Shown here piece after piece: positions 38,077 to 52,557 of a stretch of DNA of 64,000 nt. The stretch lies in assembly GCA_964234715.1 (NCBI GenBank), contig OZ174280.1; one strand, 5' to 3'. Below the pieces are notes generated by a model. That model was not told where the DNA came from. It ran no database searches and was given only the letters and a program-made list of their open reading frames with translations. Within the stretch, counting starts at the first letter, position 1, and the number at the start of each line of letters is the position of its first letter. A program made the position numbers and the translations under genes. The DNA comes from Podarcis melisellensis (Eukaryota).

Positions 38077-40698
38077 CTGCAGAATTAAAAAGAAACAGAA
38101 TTATCATAATTAGGGTTGTTGGGTTGGTTGGTTTCTTTTGCAAACTCAACGAGCTATCTTACTCTGTAGCTAACATTGCTCAAAAACAAACCCCTGTGTT
38201 GCAATACAGAATAATCAGTTAGCTACACTGGTTAGTGAGCTCTGATCCAGAAATATTACATTTACCACTGGCATTTGACACGTAAGAGCTTGATCTTTGA
38301 ATCCTTAGGAGGAGAAGCCAGATCCAATTATGCCATTTAGGAAGCATTTGTTAATTAGTCGGTTAGTTTATCAAACAATAATTGCAGGCAATGCACACAA
38401 AGGAAAAACAAGCATCAGCAACCAAAGAATTTGAATTCAGCACAAGGAGTCAGAAGAAAAAAACGAATCAGTAGTGAATGAAATAGATGCTATTATAAAA
38501 TTATAAATGGGGTATTAAAGCAAAATTGACATTGTGCAATGAAGGAAGCAGGGGAGAGAAAGAAAAAAAGGTTCTGCCTGTTTATAGATGACACCAAACA
38601 GAATAATATTTTGAAGGGATTTAACACCCCCCCCATGTGACTGCAGTGGCATATATTTAATAAATTATCCCCAAACAGATGAAATCAGAAGGGTCAGCAC
38701 CATCCCTACCCATGGAAATAATACACACCAATTTCTCTGAGATAGCAATGGGCATACCTTTCTTGAACCAGCTACCAAGGCTAAGCATGAAGTGTCTTTC
38801 CAGCCTATTTTTGCTAATGGTTTCTTATCAAGTGGCTACCAGAAGATATACAATTAACTGTTTACATGTGAGGTCCATTACCTTTATCGAAAATAGACAT
38901 GGATCACATTTTTTTACCTATAAGTGTTCTGGTTTCTGTAATCACGTGCTTCAAAATTTATGAACTTCCGCACAACCCCAACACTTTTATTTAGTTTAAA
39001 GGGAATACAAATTCAGAGTAGAGGTATATGGATCAGTCTATTTCCCATCCAGGTTAATTTTACAAGTGCCCCACCTGTCCATTCTGTCCTTCTTGTGTAT
39101 TAGGCTGCAGTCTTCACAAAATGCATTAAATTTGTCTTTTAATGCTTCATTTCTTATGTAGTTTATCACAAAATACATATTTAAATATATATTTTATCCC
39201 AATGTACTCATTTATCAACACAGCTTATCCTAAAACAACATTTTGCGGTACAGCATTTGGCACTTATTTTGAGCTGTGTGGCACATTTTGGAAAAGTACA
39301 AAATCCAAAGGATAAATACATTCCACTCTGCACATTAGCCTGGCAGGCAGATCAGGTCAGTTTGCATTGGAACTCACACACACAGAGAAAAATTGAATTC
39401 CTTAAACATCCCTCTTTCAGAAAAGAGGAAACAAAATAGGGAATAATGGAAAGATTTCTACCTAATGGAACCCCTATGAAGTTAGGTCATTTATGTGCAC
39501 AACACAAATGGATGTGTAGGTGAAAGTGCTCAGAGAGAAAGACCTAATGGAAACACTTCTCTTTTAACCTGTACTGACAACAGGTTCTTGATTGAGAAAT
39601 GGGAATCAACCAAGAGTGTGCGGCTTAGCGGGTCGAACACATAAGCATAGATAACAACACTTAGCACATTGTTTTGTTCATGGCATGGCTTTAAAATGTG
39701 TACATTGGATGAAATATTATATTGACTGCCCTGTCAGATAAGAACAGAGGCCCATCTAGTCCAGAATCCTGTTCTCACAGTGGCCAGCAAGATGCCTGGG
39801 GGAAGCATATTGCCTCTGACAATGGAGGTAGAATATGGCCATCCTAGCTATTAGCCTTTCATAGTCATGGCGTATTTGAGATGTTTAGAACTGTGGGACA
39901 GGAGCAGCCCTCCCTGCTTGTCCCAGATGGTGTCACTGGATCTGGGGGGGGGGGATGTGTGTTTCTGGAGAGCTGCTCTTCAAATAGTCGGAATGTGCAC
40001 AGACAAAATTAAATAATTCCACTGTGAACATGGTACTGTAACTTTAAGAACTTGTGTTTGACCTTGCCATTTCTCCTCCTCCCCCTTCTCATTCATTTTT
40101 CCTTATGTGCCATATCTTTTTAGATGGTATGCCTAACGGCAATTTTATATTCTGAACCACAACCAGGGCAAAATTTCTGAATATGTTCTTTCTCAGTTTC
40201 TCTAGAAACTAATTGAGAATTCCAGGCCCTCCATGGAGAAAATTCAACAAATCCCTCCCCACACCTTGCCATTTTGCCGTCTGTGGAGAATTTTGGGAGG
40301 TCAGTTTCACTTAACCTACAAACATCATGATCAGGTGTGGCATGTCCCATTTTGCCACTTGAGGTGAAAGTACAGCCCTGCTGCTGCTGCTGCTGCTGCC
40401 GCTGCCACCTTATCACCCTTGCCAAAGCATCACTTACCAAAGTTGTGTGGCGGCAGCACAAAGTGGCAATGTTTTCTGTGTGCTCTGTGATATCTCGTGA
40501 GACTTCAGCAAGGTCTCATGAGATCTCACTGGAAGTTGGCACTAATGCTAGCATTGCTTCTCTCCTAGCAGTGCAGTGGTGGAGCAGGCGGGGGGCCTAC
40601 AGGGGTGGCGCTTCAGAGGCTTCCACCACCTGTGATGGGTGCTTCACTCTGCCTCATGGATGAGCCAGTCCTGATCATAATCTACCATCATCCCAGTA

Positions 40699-41046
40699 AA
40701 GTAAAGGGACCCCTGACCATTAGGTCCAGTCGTGGCGGACTCTGGGGTTGTGGCGCTCATATCGCTTTATTGGCTGAGGGAGCCGGTGTACAGCTTCCGG
40801 TCATATGGCCAGCATGACTAAGCCGCTTCTGGAGAACCAGAGCAGTGCACAGAAACGCCATTTACCTTCCCATCAGAGTGGTACCTATTTATCTACTTGC
40901 ACTTTGACGTGCTTTCAAACTGCTAGGTTGGCAGGAGCAGGGACCGAGCAACGGGAGCTCACCCTGTCACAGGGATTCGAACCACCAACCTTCTGATCAG
41001 CAAGTCCTAGGCTCTGTGGTTTAACCCACAGTGCTACCTACGTCCC
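40699..41046 (-). mobile_element. Full-length Sauria SINE
   Basis: Near-identical to the 30758 copy. TSD catcatcccagta on both sides. Confidence 0.93.
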
Positions 41047-42297
41047 CATCATCCCAGTACTTGGGTCAATTAGTGCCCTCTAAGAGGGATGACAAATATG
41101 TATCAGTGCACTGCACTACAATCAAAACTTCCTCCCTCCACATGCACCCTTCCTGTTATCATAAAAAGTATTCTTCCAGCAAATAATAAGCCAACCATTT
41201 CTGTATTAATATTTTTCATGTGGCATAGAAACAATTCTGTATAGGAAGATTTGATTCCATCTTCGCATATCACTTTCCATGTGACAGGGAAGCAGGGAAG
41301 TGGGGGAGGGAGTTTTGATACTGAGCAGACTGTTGCTCCCCAAGGACATTAGATTACATGAAGGAGCTTGGAAAACTTCCATTTGCAAATTCTCACTCCA
41401 GCAGTTAATTTGGCAATGACAGCTCCAAGAGGCCCACGAGCAGAAAAGAACAGAAATGAGCATTGGTCTTGTGTCTTTGTCGAGGGTTGGAAGAAAATGC
41501 TTCTTAAACTGTGCTGGCTCAAAATCTCCAGAGCAAAATCTCCAAATGAAGCTTCCACATTGGCTAGAAACTCTTATATGGCGAACCTTCTCTGCAGATG
41601 TATGTTTTCCTGGTTGCAAATAACATACTGGCTAACAGAGGAAGCTGCCTTGATAAAAGGAGTCCATCGAGTTTGGTATTGGCTGCAGTGATTGGTGGCA
41701 CCTTTCCAGGGGTTTCAGGGCCTTGAGATGCTGGGGAATAAACTGGGAACCTTTTTCATGTAGAGCATGTGCTCAAATTACTAAACTGTGAATGGGAACA
41801 TACAGTGGTGGCTGGTGCCCATTGGGGCTGGTGGGGCAGAAAGTAAGGAGCCTAGCAGTAGGTGGAGCTAGAGCCAATGACAGGTGGATCCAACTAGATC
41901 TTGTTTTCTTCCCATCTACCTTCCTGTTGACTTCTATAAAAGCAACACTCAAGTCTAAAGAAGAGGAAGCTGACAGCCAGCAATTCCATCTGGAATGCCT
42001 GTAAGTAAGAAGACAAGAAAGTGTGGCTTGGGTGAAGGTAGACCGAGGGTAGTGAGTCAGTTCACTTACTCTCTTCAGCAGTGATTCTCCAGGGTTTCAG
42101 TTAGATGTCCTTTCTAAGCCTACCTGGATATTCCACAGTTTGAATCTGGAAGACCCCTGCACCCTTTCTTCCAGAGCCCTTCACAGAAGAAAAGATGGGT
42201 GTCAATTCTCCTAACAATGATCACTCAGGAACACTCCTTCATTGTTAAAAGCATCACCTGTACCTGAGGTATGTAGGACTGCAACCTTTCAAATTTG

Positions 42298-42620
42298 CTA
42301 CCAAGGCAAGGCAGTTTCAATCCCATGATGGGGCCTGAATCCCAATGGGAAGGCATCCCAATGGTCCGCATCCTCCAGGCGTGCCACTCGCACAATCACC
42401 TTGCCCAAGAATGGAAGATTTGAGAATGGGCGATAGTTGGCCATATTGGCCAGGTCCAAAGATTTTTTTTTAAGAAGTGGCTCAATAAGCTCCTCTTTCA
42501 GTGGGTCTGGAAAGGCTCCCTCACAGATGGATGCATTCACCAACCCATCGCCCAGCCCTTTTCGGCTCACTTTTATGAGCCAGGATGGGCAAGGATCAAG
42601 GAGAAGACAGGTGGTCATTT
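42298..42620 (-). mobile_element. L2-clade LINE internal RT fragment
   Basis: TTCLLLDPCPSWLIK...PLLKKKSLD..NYRPFSNLPFLGKVI...GFRPHHGIETAL. Confidence 0.85.
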
Positions 42621-44449
42621 TAACTTGTGCAGGAACCTTTGGCCCTTCAGATGTTGCTTAACAACTCAGTCAGTCCCAGCAAGCATGGCCAATGGCCAGG
42701 GATGATGGGAATTCTCATTTAGCAACACCTGGAGGTCCACACTTGCATTGAATTTAGGGTGGCCATGTGTTCTATTTAACATAGGACATTTTGAAGGAGT
42801 ACTCTGCTTGAAGAGCTTTCCAGTCAAGGTCCCGCTTAAATATAAAGAACCTCAGTGGCCCTAAAGCTGCTTATCAGCAGACTGAGAAGACACACAGATC
42901 AACTAGGCAGATTCTTCTTCACTATTGTCATACTGATTGCATTTCTTATTTGTAGCAATTCTTTCTAAATTTAGACCTATACAACTGTGTTTTACCATTG
43001 TATTGGCCCGAATTGCATTTCACTGTGTTTTAACGTATTTTTAGATGTTCTTAATTTTTTTTAATCTTTGTCTTATTTTCTGTTGTAAATCATCTAGATG
43101 CAATCAGTATAAGGAGATTAGCAAACTGAATAAATAATAATAAATAACATATGTTAAACCAGCAAATGAAATTTCATAGAAAACCTTCGCCTTTTCGGTG
43201 ACGCATATCCTCTGTTTTTGCACTATGTTCAGTGGTCACTTTGCTAGGGGGTATGTGCTGTGCTATGCAACTTTGCATCTCTTTCCTAGAGAGGGATTTG
43301 CCTAGCTAGCTCATGGGAGTTAGATAGCAATCTTTTTTTAACCCCCTGCACTCTCTCTCCACCTTTTCAGTGGTGCCAAATCAATGTGTACTCATTTCCC
43401 CAAAGCCACGCAGTGCCTAAGGAAAACATTTGAGAGTGTTTATGGGCCAGTTGAAGTGTAATGATTTAGGAGATGTTTATAAATGTTTATACTATACAGA
43501 TTAACATTCCCCCGAGGCTTTGGAGTGAAGAGAGTTCCAACTGGAATCAAACCAGCCAGTTTGGGTTGGACATGTATGAATGAATCCTGCTAGGCTTTAC
43601 TTACTAGCTATTTACATTGTTCGAATGGATTTCCTGAGCTCATCATGCTCTTTCAGCATTTTATTTCGGGAGAGGCAGAAAAAGAGCCATCCAGCTCTGG
43701 TGTGAATATAGGTTGGAACTGACATTCTAGCATGCCATTGGGGACCACAATTATTAATCAAACATCACTCTAGACAATAGGATAAAGTTCTTTACAAGAC
43801 TGCTGAGCCCCCTTTGTGTTTAATTTAGCACTGAATCAGTCTCCCCTGACTAATTTCGACGCACAAAGGCTTGCTAAAGAAGAGTACACATGTTTGCCCT
43901 GGTGCAAGAGAAGAAAATAGGAATAAACAGAGGGCTGGATTTGTGTTTTTCTTACCAAAAAAATGATTAAGCATAATGACACCAGTCCAGGATGAGAAAA
44001 CATACATGGAAATGAGATGGTTGCATGAACTTGCCCACCAGGTATCATATCTGCTCATACATGCGGATTATCTGTTAGACCAAGAACGGGGAGCCTGTGG
44101 CCCTCCAGATTTTTAAAAAAATCTACCCTGATTTCTTTAAAAGCTAAAATGACTTCACTTAAAAATAACAACAATTGAAAGACACACGGTAGCACAACTT
44201 TCCACTTTCTCATGATTAAAAGAAAATTTGTCTGAGGGCATGGTGGGGTCTTCAGGAAATATTGGAAGGCTACATACAGAGTGTAGAGCACTGGAGAGGT
44301 GATTTGCAGAATGAAAGAATGGATGCACACAATTCTCCTCAGCCATCTTGAAAGTAACAAACCCATTGCAACTGGAGATGGGTGACTGCCAATTTCAGTT
44401 TCTCTCCTTTTCTCAAGTTCACTTTCCATCATTTCAACATCACTTGGCA

Positions 44450-44451
<2 letters not shown>

Positions 44452-44503
<52 letters not shown>
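44452..44503. repeat. (AAT)n microsatellite
   Basis: Seen directly; probably the tail of a short L2 end. Confidence 0.95.
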
Positions 44504-44544
44504 TTTATACCCCACCCACTCTGGGGAAATACAATCACTTAAAA

Positions 44545-44840
44545 AGTCATCGTGAAATCCAGTAGCATTTTAATGTAAATTTTCCAGAATAGTCACATGT
44601 TTGTATGTAATCTTGTCTAATATACACTTGTTTTGTCAAACAAATTGCTCCAATTTTTAATGCATACTTTATCACAGTATATGCACTTTTGTACACATTC
44701 CTTGGCTGGAGAACTGCATTACAAAATTCAGAAAAGTGTGACTTTCCAAACGTGTCAGCTTGAACATTGTTTCAGGAAATGTGAATTAGGTTAGTTTGCC
44801 TTTAAATGTGAACCAAATCAAATTTGTTACCCCATCCTTG
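44545..44840. mobile_element. Representative of an abundant unclassified AT-rich DNA-transposon-like repeat
   Basis: Shared blocks ggagaactgcattacaaaattcag and tttctcatttttccaatctt with ends like tagggatgg/cccatcc. Copies near 15645-15960, 19612-19900, 31960-32190, 33480-33640, 34300-34460, 37220-37570, 46270-46590, 47780-47915, 48790-49145 and 60970-61325. Confidence 0.6.
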
Positions 44841-45812
44841 CCTGCCACTTGCCAATTATAATTTCCTCAAATATTTTCTCTCCCCTCTGATCATTTCTCA
44901 ATGCAAATTCTTTTCTCATAAATTAGTGGGAATTTTGTGTGTGTGTGTGTATGCATATGCAATTTTTTTTTTTTGCACAACATTAATCTCATGACAGACT
45001 TGACACACTGATACTTCAGCCAAAGAACATGGCAAAAGAAAGGAGCTTTTGTACACACAGAACTTCACAAATTCCTTATGCTTAAATATGGGAATGAGTG
45101 AAGTTGGTGTCTAAAAGCTAGCTCTGAGTCTTCTCCTGGTGGAAGGGCCTTGATTCTCCCTTTCCTGGCACCTATGCATGTTTTACTGAATATTGGAATT
45201 TCTTTTCTCTTTTTGTATAAAAGGAAGATTGAAAAAATGACAATCTCCTTTGTTTGAGGGACGTTGTTGATTGAAAGCACATAGAATTAGCACTCCCAGT
45301 TCCTTTTTATGCTGGTAAGCTCAAGAAGAGATGATAATAAAGTAGAGATGCAACAAAACTGTCTTTTCCATTCATGCAAAAGAATTCACAATTTGTAATC
45401 AGAAGTGATAAACAGGCTTGTTAACTAACCCCCCCCCAAAAAAACTGTATTCCCCCAACTCCTATTCTTTCTAAGATGATTGCTCAGCTGCAAAGCAGAA
45501 ACTGTAATGTAAAGCACCTTCAAGAGTCCAAAGACAATGATGGCCTTCTTTAAGGAACATCTCAGTGTTTGAGGGTCAGCTAAATGTGACATTGGGAGAC
45601 TTGATCGCTGTTTTTTAAGAACAGCTGAAAGATGGGGGTGATTTGATCAGTGTTGCAATACTGCAATCACATTTAACCATTTAACCTGTGCTATTTTCCC
45701 AATGGAAATCATTGTCCCATCCCCACTGAAGCTGCCATTTGCAACAGAGCAAAAGACACAGGAGATCCAAAAGATCCAAAATGGTAAGAGAGCTGAAACA
45801 CAGTCATTCTTC

Positions 45813-46270
45813 CATAGAATCATAGAATCATAGAGTTGGAAGAGACCACCAGGGCCATCGAGTCCAACCCCCTGCCAAGCAGGAAACACCATCAGAGCAC
45901 TCCTGACATATGGTTGTCAAGCCGATGCTTAAAGACCTCAAAAGAAGGAGACTCCACCACACTCCTTGGCAGCAAATTCCACTGTTGAACAGCTCTTACT
46001 GTCAGGAAGTTCTTCCTAATGTTTAGGTGGAATCTTCTTTCTTGTAGTTTGGATCCATTGCTCCGTGTCTGCTTCTCTGGAGCAGCAGAAAACAACCTTT
46101 CTCCCTCCTCTATGTGACATCCTTTTATATATTTGAACATGGCTATCATATCACCCCTTAACCTCCTCTTCTCCAGGCTAAACATGCCCAGCTCCCTTAG
46201 CCGTTCCTCATAAGGCATCGTTTCCAGGCCTTTGACCATTTTGGTTGCCCTCCTCTGGACACGTTCCAGT
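45813..46270 (-). mobile_element. CR1 LINE 3' fragment
   Basis: LERVQRRATKMVKGLE...YEERLRELGMFSLEKRRLRGDMI is the CR1 ORF2 end. (ATTCTATG)n tail. Inserted into a DNA-transposon-like repeat. Confidence 0.93.
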
Positions 46271-48152
46271 TCCAAGTTTGCACTTACCTGAATTTTGTGA
46301 TGCAGTTTTCCAACCAAACAATATTTATAGATATTAGATGAAACGACTGCATTAGTGAAAATAGCAGACAAAAACGCATTGCATTGGGGAAAGTGCCTTG
46401 CAAAAAGTGTGTGTTATGCAAATTGCATAAACAAATGTGTCGATTATGAGGAATTCACACGATAAACACTGATTTGGATTTTTCAAAAAATAATAATAAT
46501 TTGAAACTGATGTGGAAGTGTGGAGAACTGAATTTAAGATTAGAAACAGAGAAAGTTAGAGAAACCGAAAGTATCAGGTTAGCCCAACCTTACTGCTAAT
46601 GACAATATGAGATTGGATGGACAAATCCCGCCTGATCCAGTACAAAACATCTTCATATATGGAAGCTGGAGAAGGAGGTGTTGATGACTCTATTGCTAGG
46701 CTGTAGCATCACTATTTGAAATGTGCTGTGCACCTTAAATTTAAGTAAGCAGCACTGGAAGATGACAATGAAAGAACTTTTTGTTGATTTGCATGCCCTG
46801 TTTTAGCTCATTGATCAATTGACTTATCAATTACATAAGCAGACAGGAACACAGAAAATTGGTTGATGTGTCTTTTCTCCAAAAACTTTTATTAAGAACT
46901 TCCTTGAACCTTCCCCTCAAGTTCTAAATAGGAAGCAGGGGATATTCATCTGCTTAGGGGAGTTGCACCGGTTCTGCAGAGTTTCATAGTTTCAGAAAGC
47001 TTCTACAATTTATCCAACAGCTAAAGGAATTCATTCAGAATGCAGAAAAATGTTGTCTTTGTATTATTTAGGGATGAGTAAATTTTCCCAGTGATGCTGG
47101 TTTAGCCTGTTTTCAGGCATGAATTGAGGATTTTCTGACATTAATAACAGATTATGCATATGCACCATTACACTCTACTAATAATTTTAAAAGCAAAGAA
47201 TCTCCGTTGTTTCGCCAATAATTATTTATTTCTGAAATGTTTTAAAACTATTTTAAATGAGCAGAACTGAACTCTTGTGAAAAGAGGAACTATCATATAT
47301 TATATTGTATTATATTATATTATATTGTATTGTATTATATTAATTTTTTTAATTTAATTTAATTTTAAAAAATATATCAGTTCTTTCAAATTAAAAAGGG
47401 ATATTAAACTCTAACAAAATACAAGTATTCTACAGGCCTTTCAAAAACATTTAATTAATTAACACTGTTTATCTTTTTAAATAATCTACAGGTGCACAAT
47501 CATGCAACTGTAGTCTCCCAGCAAAAATAAACTGCAATAAATGCTACGAGTTAAGTTAAACATTAGAAAGTTATCTATTCCATTTGTCTGTGTTGTTAAT
47601 TTTGCAGGAGTGGAATTTGTGCAGTTGTACTCCCGTAGGAGAGGGGGTGGGGGTGGAAAGCAGCATTGCCAGAATTAGTCCTGGGTGATTACATCAAAAA
47701 GAACCGAGGGTCTGTGAGCGTTTCTGATGAGAAAGTGAGGCTCCACATGCCATTTTGCTAAGTGAATACAAAAATGTGAACATTAGGAGAAATTCATACT
47801 AAAATGCTGGTGAATTTTCATGACTTTGAAAGACTGTGGAAACGTGGAGAATGGAGTTTAAGACTGGAAAAAGCAAGAAGCTGGGAGAAAACGAAATTGG
47901 CAGATCCCCCTACTCCTTGATAGGATACTGTGCTGCATTTGGAGACAATTCAAATGGCTTGGAGAGGGTATTCCCCTCCCCCCATCACTAGAAAGTCATT
48001 GGAGTAGTGGCAAGGTGAGCCTCCTTGAGAAGGGCATCTTAAAATAAAACACCACCAGGTTTACTATGTGGATTTCAAAATAGTGTACAGAGGAAGTACC
48101 GGTATATTCAATGCATCTCTGCTACAACTATTCCCTATAGCTGCATAATATA

Positions 48153-48411
48153 CCGTATTTTTTGCTCTATAAGACTCACTTTTTCCCTCCTAAAAAGTAA
48201 GGGGAAATGTGTGTGCGTCTTATGGAGCGAATGCAGGCTGCGCAGCTATCCCAGAATCCAGAACAGCAAGAGGGATTGCTGCTTTCACTCCGGAGTGATC
48301 CCTCTTGCTGTTCTGGCTTCTGAGATTCAGAATATTTTTTTTCTTGTTTTCCTCCTTCAAAAACTAGGTGTGTCTTGTGGTCTGGTGCGTCTTATAGAGC
48401 GAAAAATACGG
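48153..48411. mobile_element. Tc1/mariner-type MITE
   Basis: TA-flanked TIRs ccgtattttttgctctataagac / gtcttatagagcgaaaaatacgg. Confidence 0.88.
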
Positions 48412-49654
48412 TAATAAACAAGATGTGGTTTTAGCAACAAAACCTTTTTACTGGCATATCTAACAAATAATGGTCCTTAGTATAATAAAGTGTCACCATA
48501 GCCCTTATTGAATGGCAGGACAACATTTTAAGTGTTCAAAATGGGTGTTCCATAGAGTATTTTGCAAATATGAAGTCCTATGAACTGCAATGAACAACGC
48601 TGTTCAGTGATATGACTCATTTACGCCACTTATTATTTTTGGCAAACACCACTTTGGTCTTACTATAATTAGTATGATTCAAGACTGAAAAGTAATCTTC
48701 TCATTCTTACTTGGTATAATGAACTAAAAGCCATATCATCTGCATTTTTTTTTTTAAAAAAGCACTGGATCTTTTGACTATCACTAACTAGGGATGAGAA
48801 TATCTGCCAATTTCAGTTTCTCATTTTTCTTAAATGAAGTTCTCCAGCAGTTTCATGAAGCACTCAACAAAAATGCTAATCAACACCTTTTTAGAATAAT
48901 AGTCAGATACTTAATAATTTCAAAACATAACTCAACCAACAAATAACTCAGTTTGATTATATGAATATTATAACATTTCCTGCACGTTTTACCAAGTACA
49001 TGCATTTTTGTACACATTACTTGCATGGAGAACTGTATTGCAAAAATCTTGCATGACTGTTTTTAGGCTCATGTATTGTTTCAGAAAGTGCAGATTAACT
49101 TGGTTCACCTTTAAACACAAACTGAATTGAATGTCTCCCCATTACTATTAATAATCAACTTCTGAACATGCAGGCTCTCATACCTCTTTGTATTGCCAAC
49201 CCTCCCCATAAAAGTTTTGCAAAATTAATAAAGTAACTAACTATATCTGTGTAAGCAGATTCCTTGTAATAAACTGTCTGGATGAAGGGATTATTTTACA
49301 ATAACATAATCCTGAGTTAGTACTATAATTGTTTTTCAGGGTGGTGGGTAAATGTTCAGACTTTCTAGTTAGTCACCGTTCTTGGCAATTTTATTATATT
49401 TCAGTCCCACATCTGATGACCTAGATAGACCCGCCGGTCACAGTTTTACTGTGAAACTGGCATGCAGAGCAGAAAAAGAATCACTGGCAATTTATTCTGG
49501 GTCAAGGCAATCATTTAGGAGTGACTAATTTAACTTTCTATTCAGTGACTTTTGCAGTTTTAAAACTAATTTGTTTTCCAGACAAAGGCTGTGACAAACA
49601 ATACAAATAAAAGCATTTAGGAGAAATATTAACAATTGTATCCAGTAAATGAAA

Positions 49655-49730
49655 AGGATGGATGGATGGATGGATAGATAGATAGATGATAGATAGATAG
49701 ATAGATGATAGATGATAGACAGATAGATGA
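49655..49730. repeat. (GGAT)n/(GATA)n compound microsatellite
   Basis: Seen directly. Confidence 0.95.
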
Positions 49731-49816
49731 ATGACAAATGTTCAGATACGTATCTGCTCTGTTCTCAGGGGCATCAATGGCTACAGTCAGTGTCAGAAGC
49801 AGTATGCCTCTGAATG

Positions 49817-50358
49817 CCAGAATGGACTACTGCAACGTGCTCTATGTGGGGCTACCTTTGAAGGTGACCCGGAAACTACAACTAATCCAGAATGCGGCAG
49901 CTAGACTGGGAGCGGCCACTGAGACCACATAACACTGGTCTTGAAAGACCTACATTGGCTCCCAGTACGTTTCCGATCACAATTCAAAGTGTTGGTGTTG
50001 ACCTTTAAAGCCCTAAACGACCTCGGCCCAGTATACCTGAAGGACTGTCTCCACCCCCATCATTCTGCCCGGATGCTGAGGTCCAACGCCGAGGGCCTTC
50101 TAGCGGTTCCCTCATTGCGAGAAGCAAAGCTACAGGGAACCAGGCAAAGGGCCTTCTCGGTAGTGGCACCCGCCCTGTGGAACACCCTCCCATCAAATGT
50201 CAAAGAGATAAACAACTACCTGACATTTAGAAAACAGCTGAAGGCAGCCCTGTTCAGGGAAGTTTTTAATGTGTGACGTATTAGTGTAATTTTTGGTCTT
50301 TGTGGAAGCCGCCCAGAGTGGCTGGGGAAACCCAGCCAGATGGGTGGGCTACAAATAA
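49817..50358 (+). mobile_element. L2-clade LINE 3' fragment
   Basis: MDYCNVLYVGLPLKVTRKLQLIQNAAARL and LHWLPVRFRSQFKVLVLTFKAL. 3' end gccgcccagagtggctggggaaacccagccagatggg with a (TAT)n tail. Splits an older CR1-type 3' end. Confidence 0.9.

Positions 50359-50410
<52 letters not shown>
50359..50410. repeat. (TAT)n microsatellite (L2 tail)
   Basis: Seen directly. Confidence 0.95.
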
Positions 50411-50414
<4 letters not shown>

Positions 50415-50790
50415 TATAATGGGAATAACAAGTGGAGAGAGTGCTGTTGTGCTGAGGTTCTGCTTGTGAACTTCCCATGGGCATCTACTTATCAGCCACC
50501 ATGAGAACAAGATGCTGGTCTAGATGAGTCTATAGTCTGATCCAGCAGAGCTCTTCTTGCAGACCCTAGTGTCATCTAGGAGGACAAAAACCCACAAGAC
50601 ATAGCAGCACAAGGTCCAGATGAGAAGTGAGGAGTGTTCAAGTGCCTACTCAGCCATGGAACTCTTTATCAAGAAGATGATGGTGTCTGAGCCTTTAGTG
50701 TCATCTTTATTACCCAGTAAAATTAGCATAAGAATCCCATGTGGCTTGTGAGGAACAGGGAATGACGCAAAATATCAAAAGTATTGGATA

Positions 50791-50828
50791 TTGAATTCCT
50801 CCCTTGAAGTATCAAGGGAGGAATTCAA
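50791..50828. repeat. Perfect 17-bp inverted repeat with 4-nt loop
   Basis: ttgaattcctcccttga-agta-tcaagggaggaattcaa. Confidence 0.95.
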
Positions 50829-51126
50829 AGTCACGTTCTTCTGATCATTCTGTCAGCACAAGGACTTCTGCTTGCCAGATGGAACAACCCCCCTTTTCTT
50901 TCCCTGTACAATGTTCTGGGCATTCTCCCAACCCTCCAAAGAGGATTTAGGGGAGGCACAGGGATTTGTGGGATAAGAAGAGCAAGGAAACTCCATTGCA
51001 GTAACAGGAGCCCTTGCAATGGCTTCCACTAGCATGCTGCATTAATTTCATCCTGCCCCAAATGTTCATGCAATATTATTTTTTAAGAGAATTAACTTTT
51101 TAAAATGAATGCATGCAGAGGCAAAT

Positions 51127-51468
51127 GGGACGCGGGTGGCGCTGTGGGCAAAACCTCAGCGCCTAGGACTTGCCGATCACATGGTCAGCGGTTCAAATCC
51201 CCGTGGCGGGGTGCGCTCCCGTCGTTCGGTCCCAGCGCCTGCCAACCTAGCAGTTCGAAAGCACCCCCGGGTGCAAGTAGATAAATAGGGAAGGTAAACG
51301 GCGTTCCGTGTGCTGGGCTGTCTCGCCAGATACAGCTTGTCACACTGGCCACGTGACCCGGAAGTGTCTGCGGACAGCGCTGGCTCCCGGCCTATAGAGT
51401 TAGATGAGTGCACAACCCTAGAGTCTGGCAAGACTGGCCCGTACGGGCAGGGGTACCTTTACCTTTTT
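51127..51468 (+). mobile_element. Sauria SINE, different subfamily
   Basis: Head gggacgcgggtggcgctgtgg, tail gtacctttaccttt, flanked by cagaggca. Confidence 0.88.
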
Positions 51469-52557
51469 TATACAGAGGCATACATTGAATCAATGAGAAA
51501 ACTGATAGCTTTATTGACTTTTTTTTTGTATTAATCAAATGTAAATGGCTGTCCATTCAGAAGGATGAAACCCCAAAACAACCAGTATGGAAGAGCAGAA
51601 GACCATATTGCTATTCAGGGCAAACCATAGAAAGCTATAATGGGACAAGTGATTTTTCAACATGGTATAATTAATTAGAACTCATAAAACCCAATTAAAG
51701 AGCACTTTTGAGACCATCAAGTGGTGCATGTTTGAGACTGTGACTATGACAGCTTAAGTACCTTTTTATAGCTGGGCAATCTCTCCAGGATTATTTTCAG
51801 TGCTCTAACTAAGATGTGAAATGGCACCATTTTGGCCCATGGTAATAAATCCTTTGGCAACTTGGTTATATTAATAACCTTTGTTGGGAGCGAGATGGTA
51901 GCAAGGGAGGACAAAAAAGAAAAGTAATGCCAGTTCACTGGAGCAGTTAGCAGAACGTAATCAAGTCTGAAGTAGTTATTTAGGCTCTGATTCAGACCCG
52001 CAATCTGGTGCTGGGGAGGTGGGGTGGGACTGCGCATAGGTTTACCTCTGCTGAAGAAGTGATGCCAACATCACTCCAGTCGCGCAAAGCTCCCTGTTCT
52101 GCCAACTGAAAGGGCAGTTGGAGGTACTCCTGGTGGTGGTAGCCTGTCCAAAATGAAGCATTTCCTGGAGGGGTGGTGGTAGCTGAGTTGACTGGCATCC
52201 ACATGGCAGCCTAGGATCCACTTGGCAGTATCAGGCCTGATCACTATGCTGGTTCCCAACTGGCACAGCTTGGAGGAGGCCTTTGCAGCATGAGCTGTGA
52301 ATGTGATGGTTCCTATTCTCCTGTATCATGTCATGCCACTAGGGTTTGAATTGCTCTGTGAATGCCATCCAGCTGACTTTGGTGGATTTGAAAAGATGAT
52401 TAAGTCAACTGGTGGTGGGGAGGCAAACAGGCAAGAGTAACAAGGCTCTGCTTGAGTGTCGGAGACTGGCTGGACGAAGAGGAGTGGTGGGAGGCAATGC
52501 TCACTGATCAGTGTAAGGAAATGCTGAGCCCAGCTATTGCTATAAAAGGCAGTTTAA

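Noticed and set aside
49412-49460. CTGATGA...GAAAC as another hammerhead
   Set aside because: The bases after CTGATGA cannot pair with those before GAAA, so there is no stem II.
52057-52079. CTGAAGA followed by the stem agtgatg/catcact
   Set aside because: No GAAA or cleavage triplet follows the stem.
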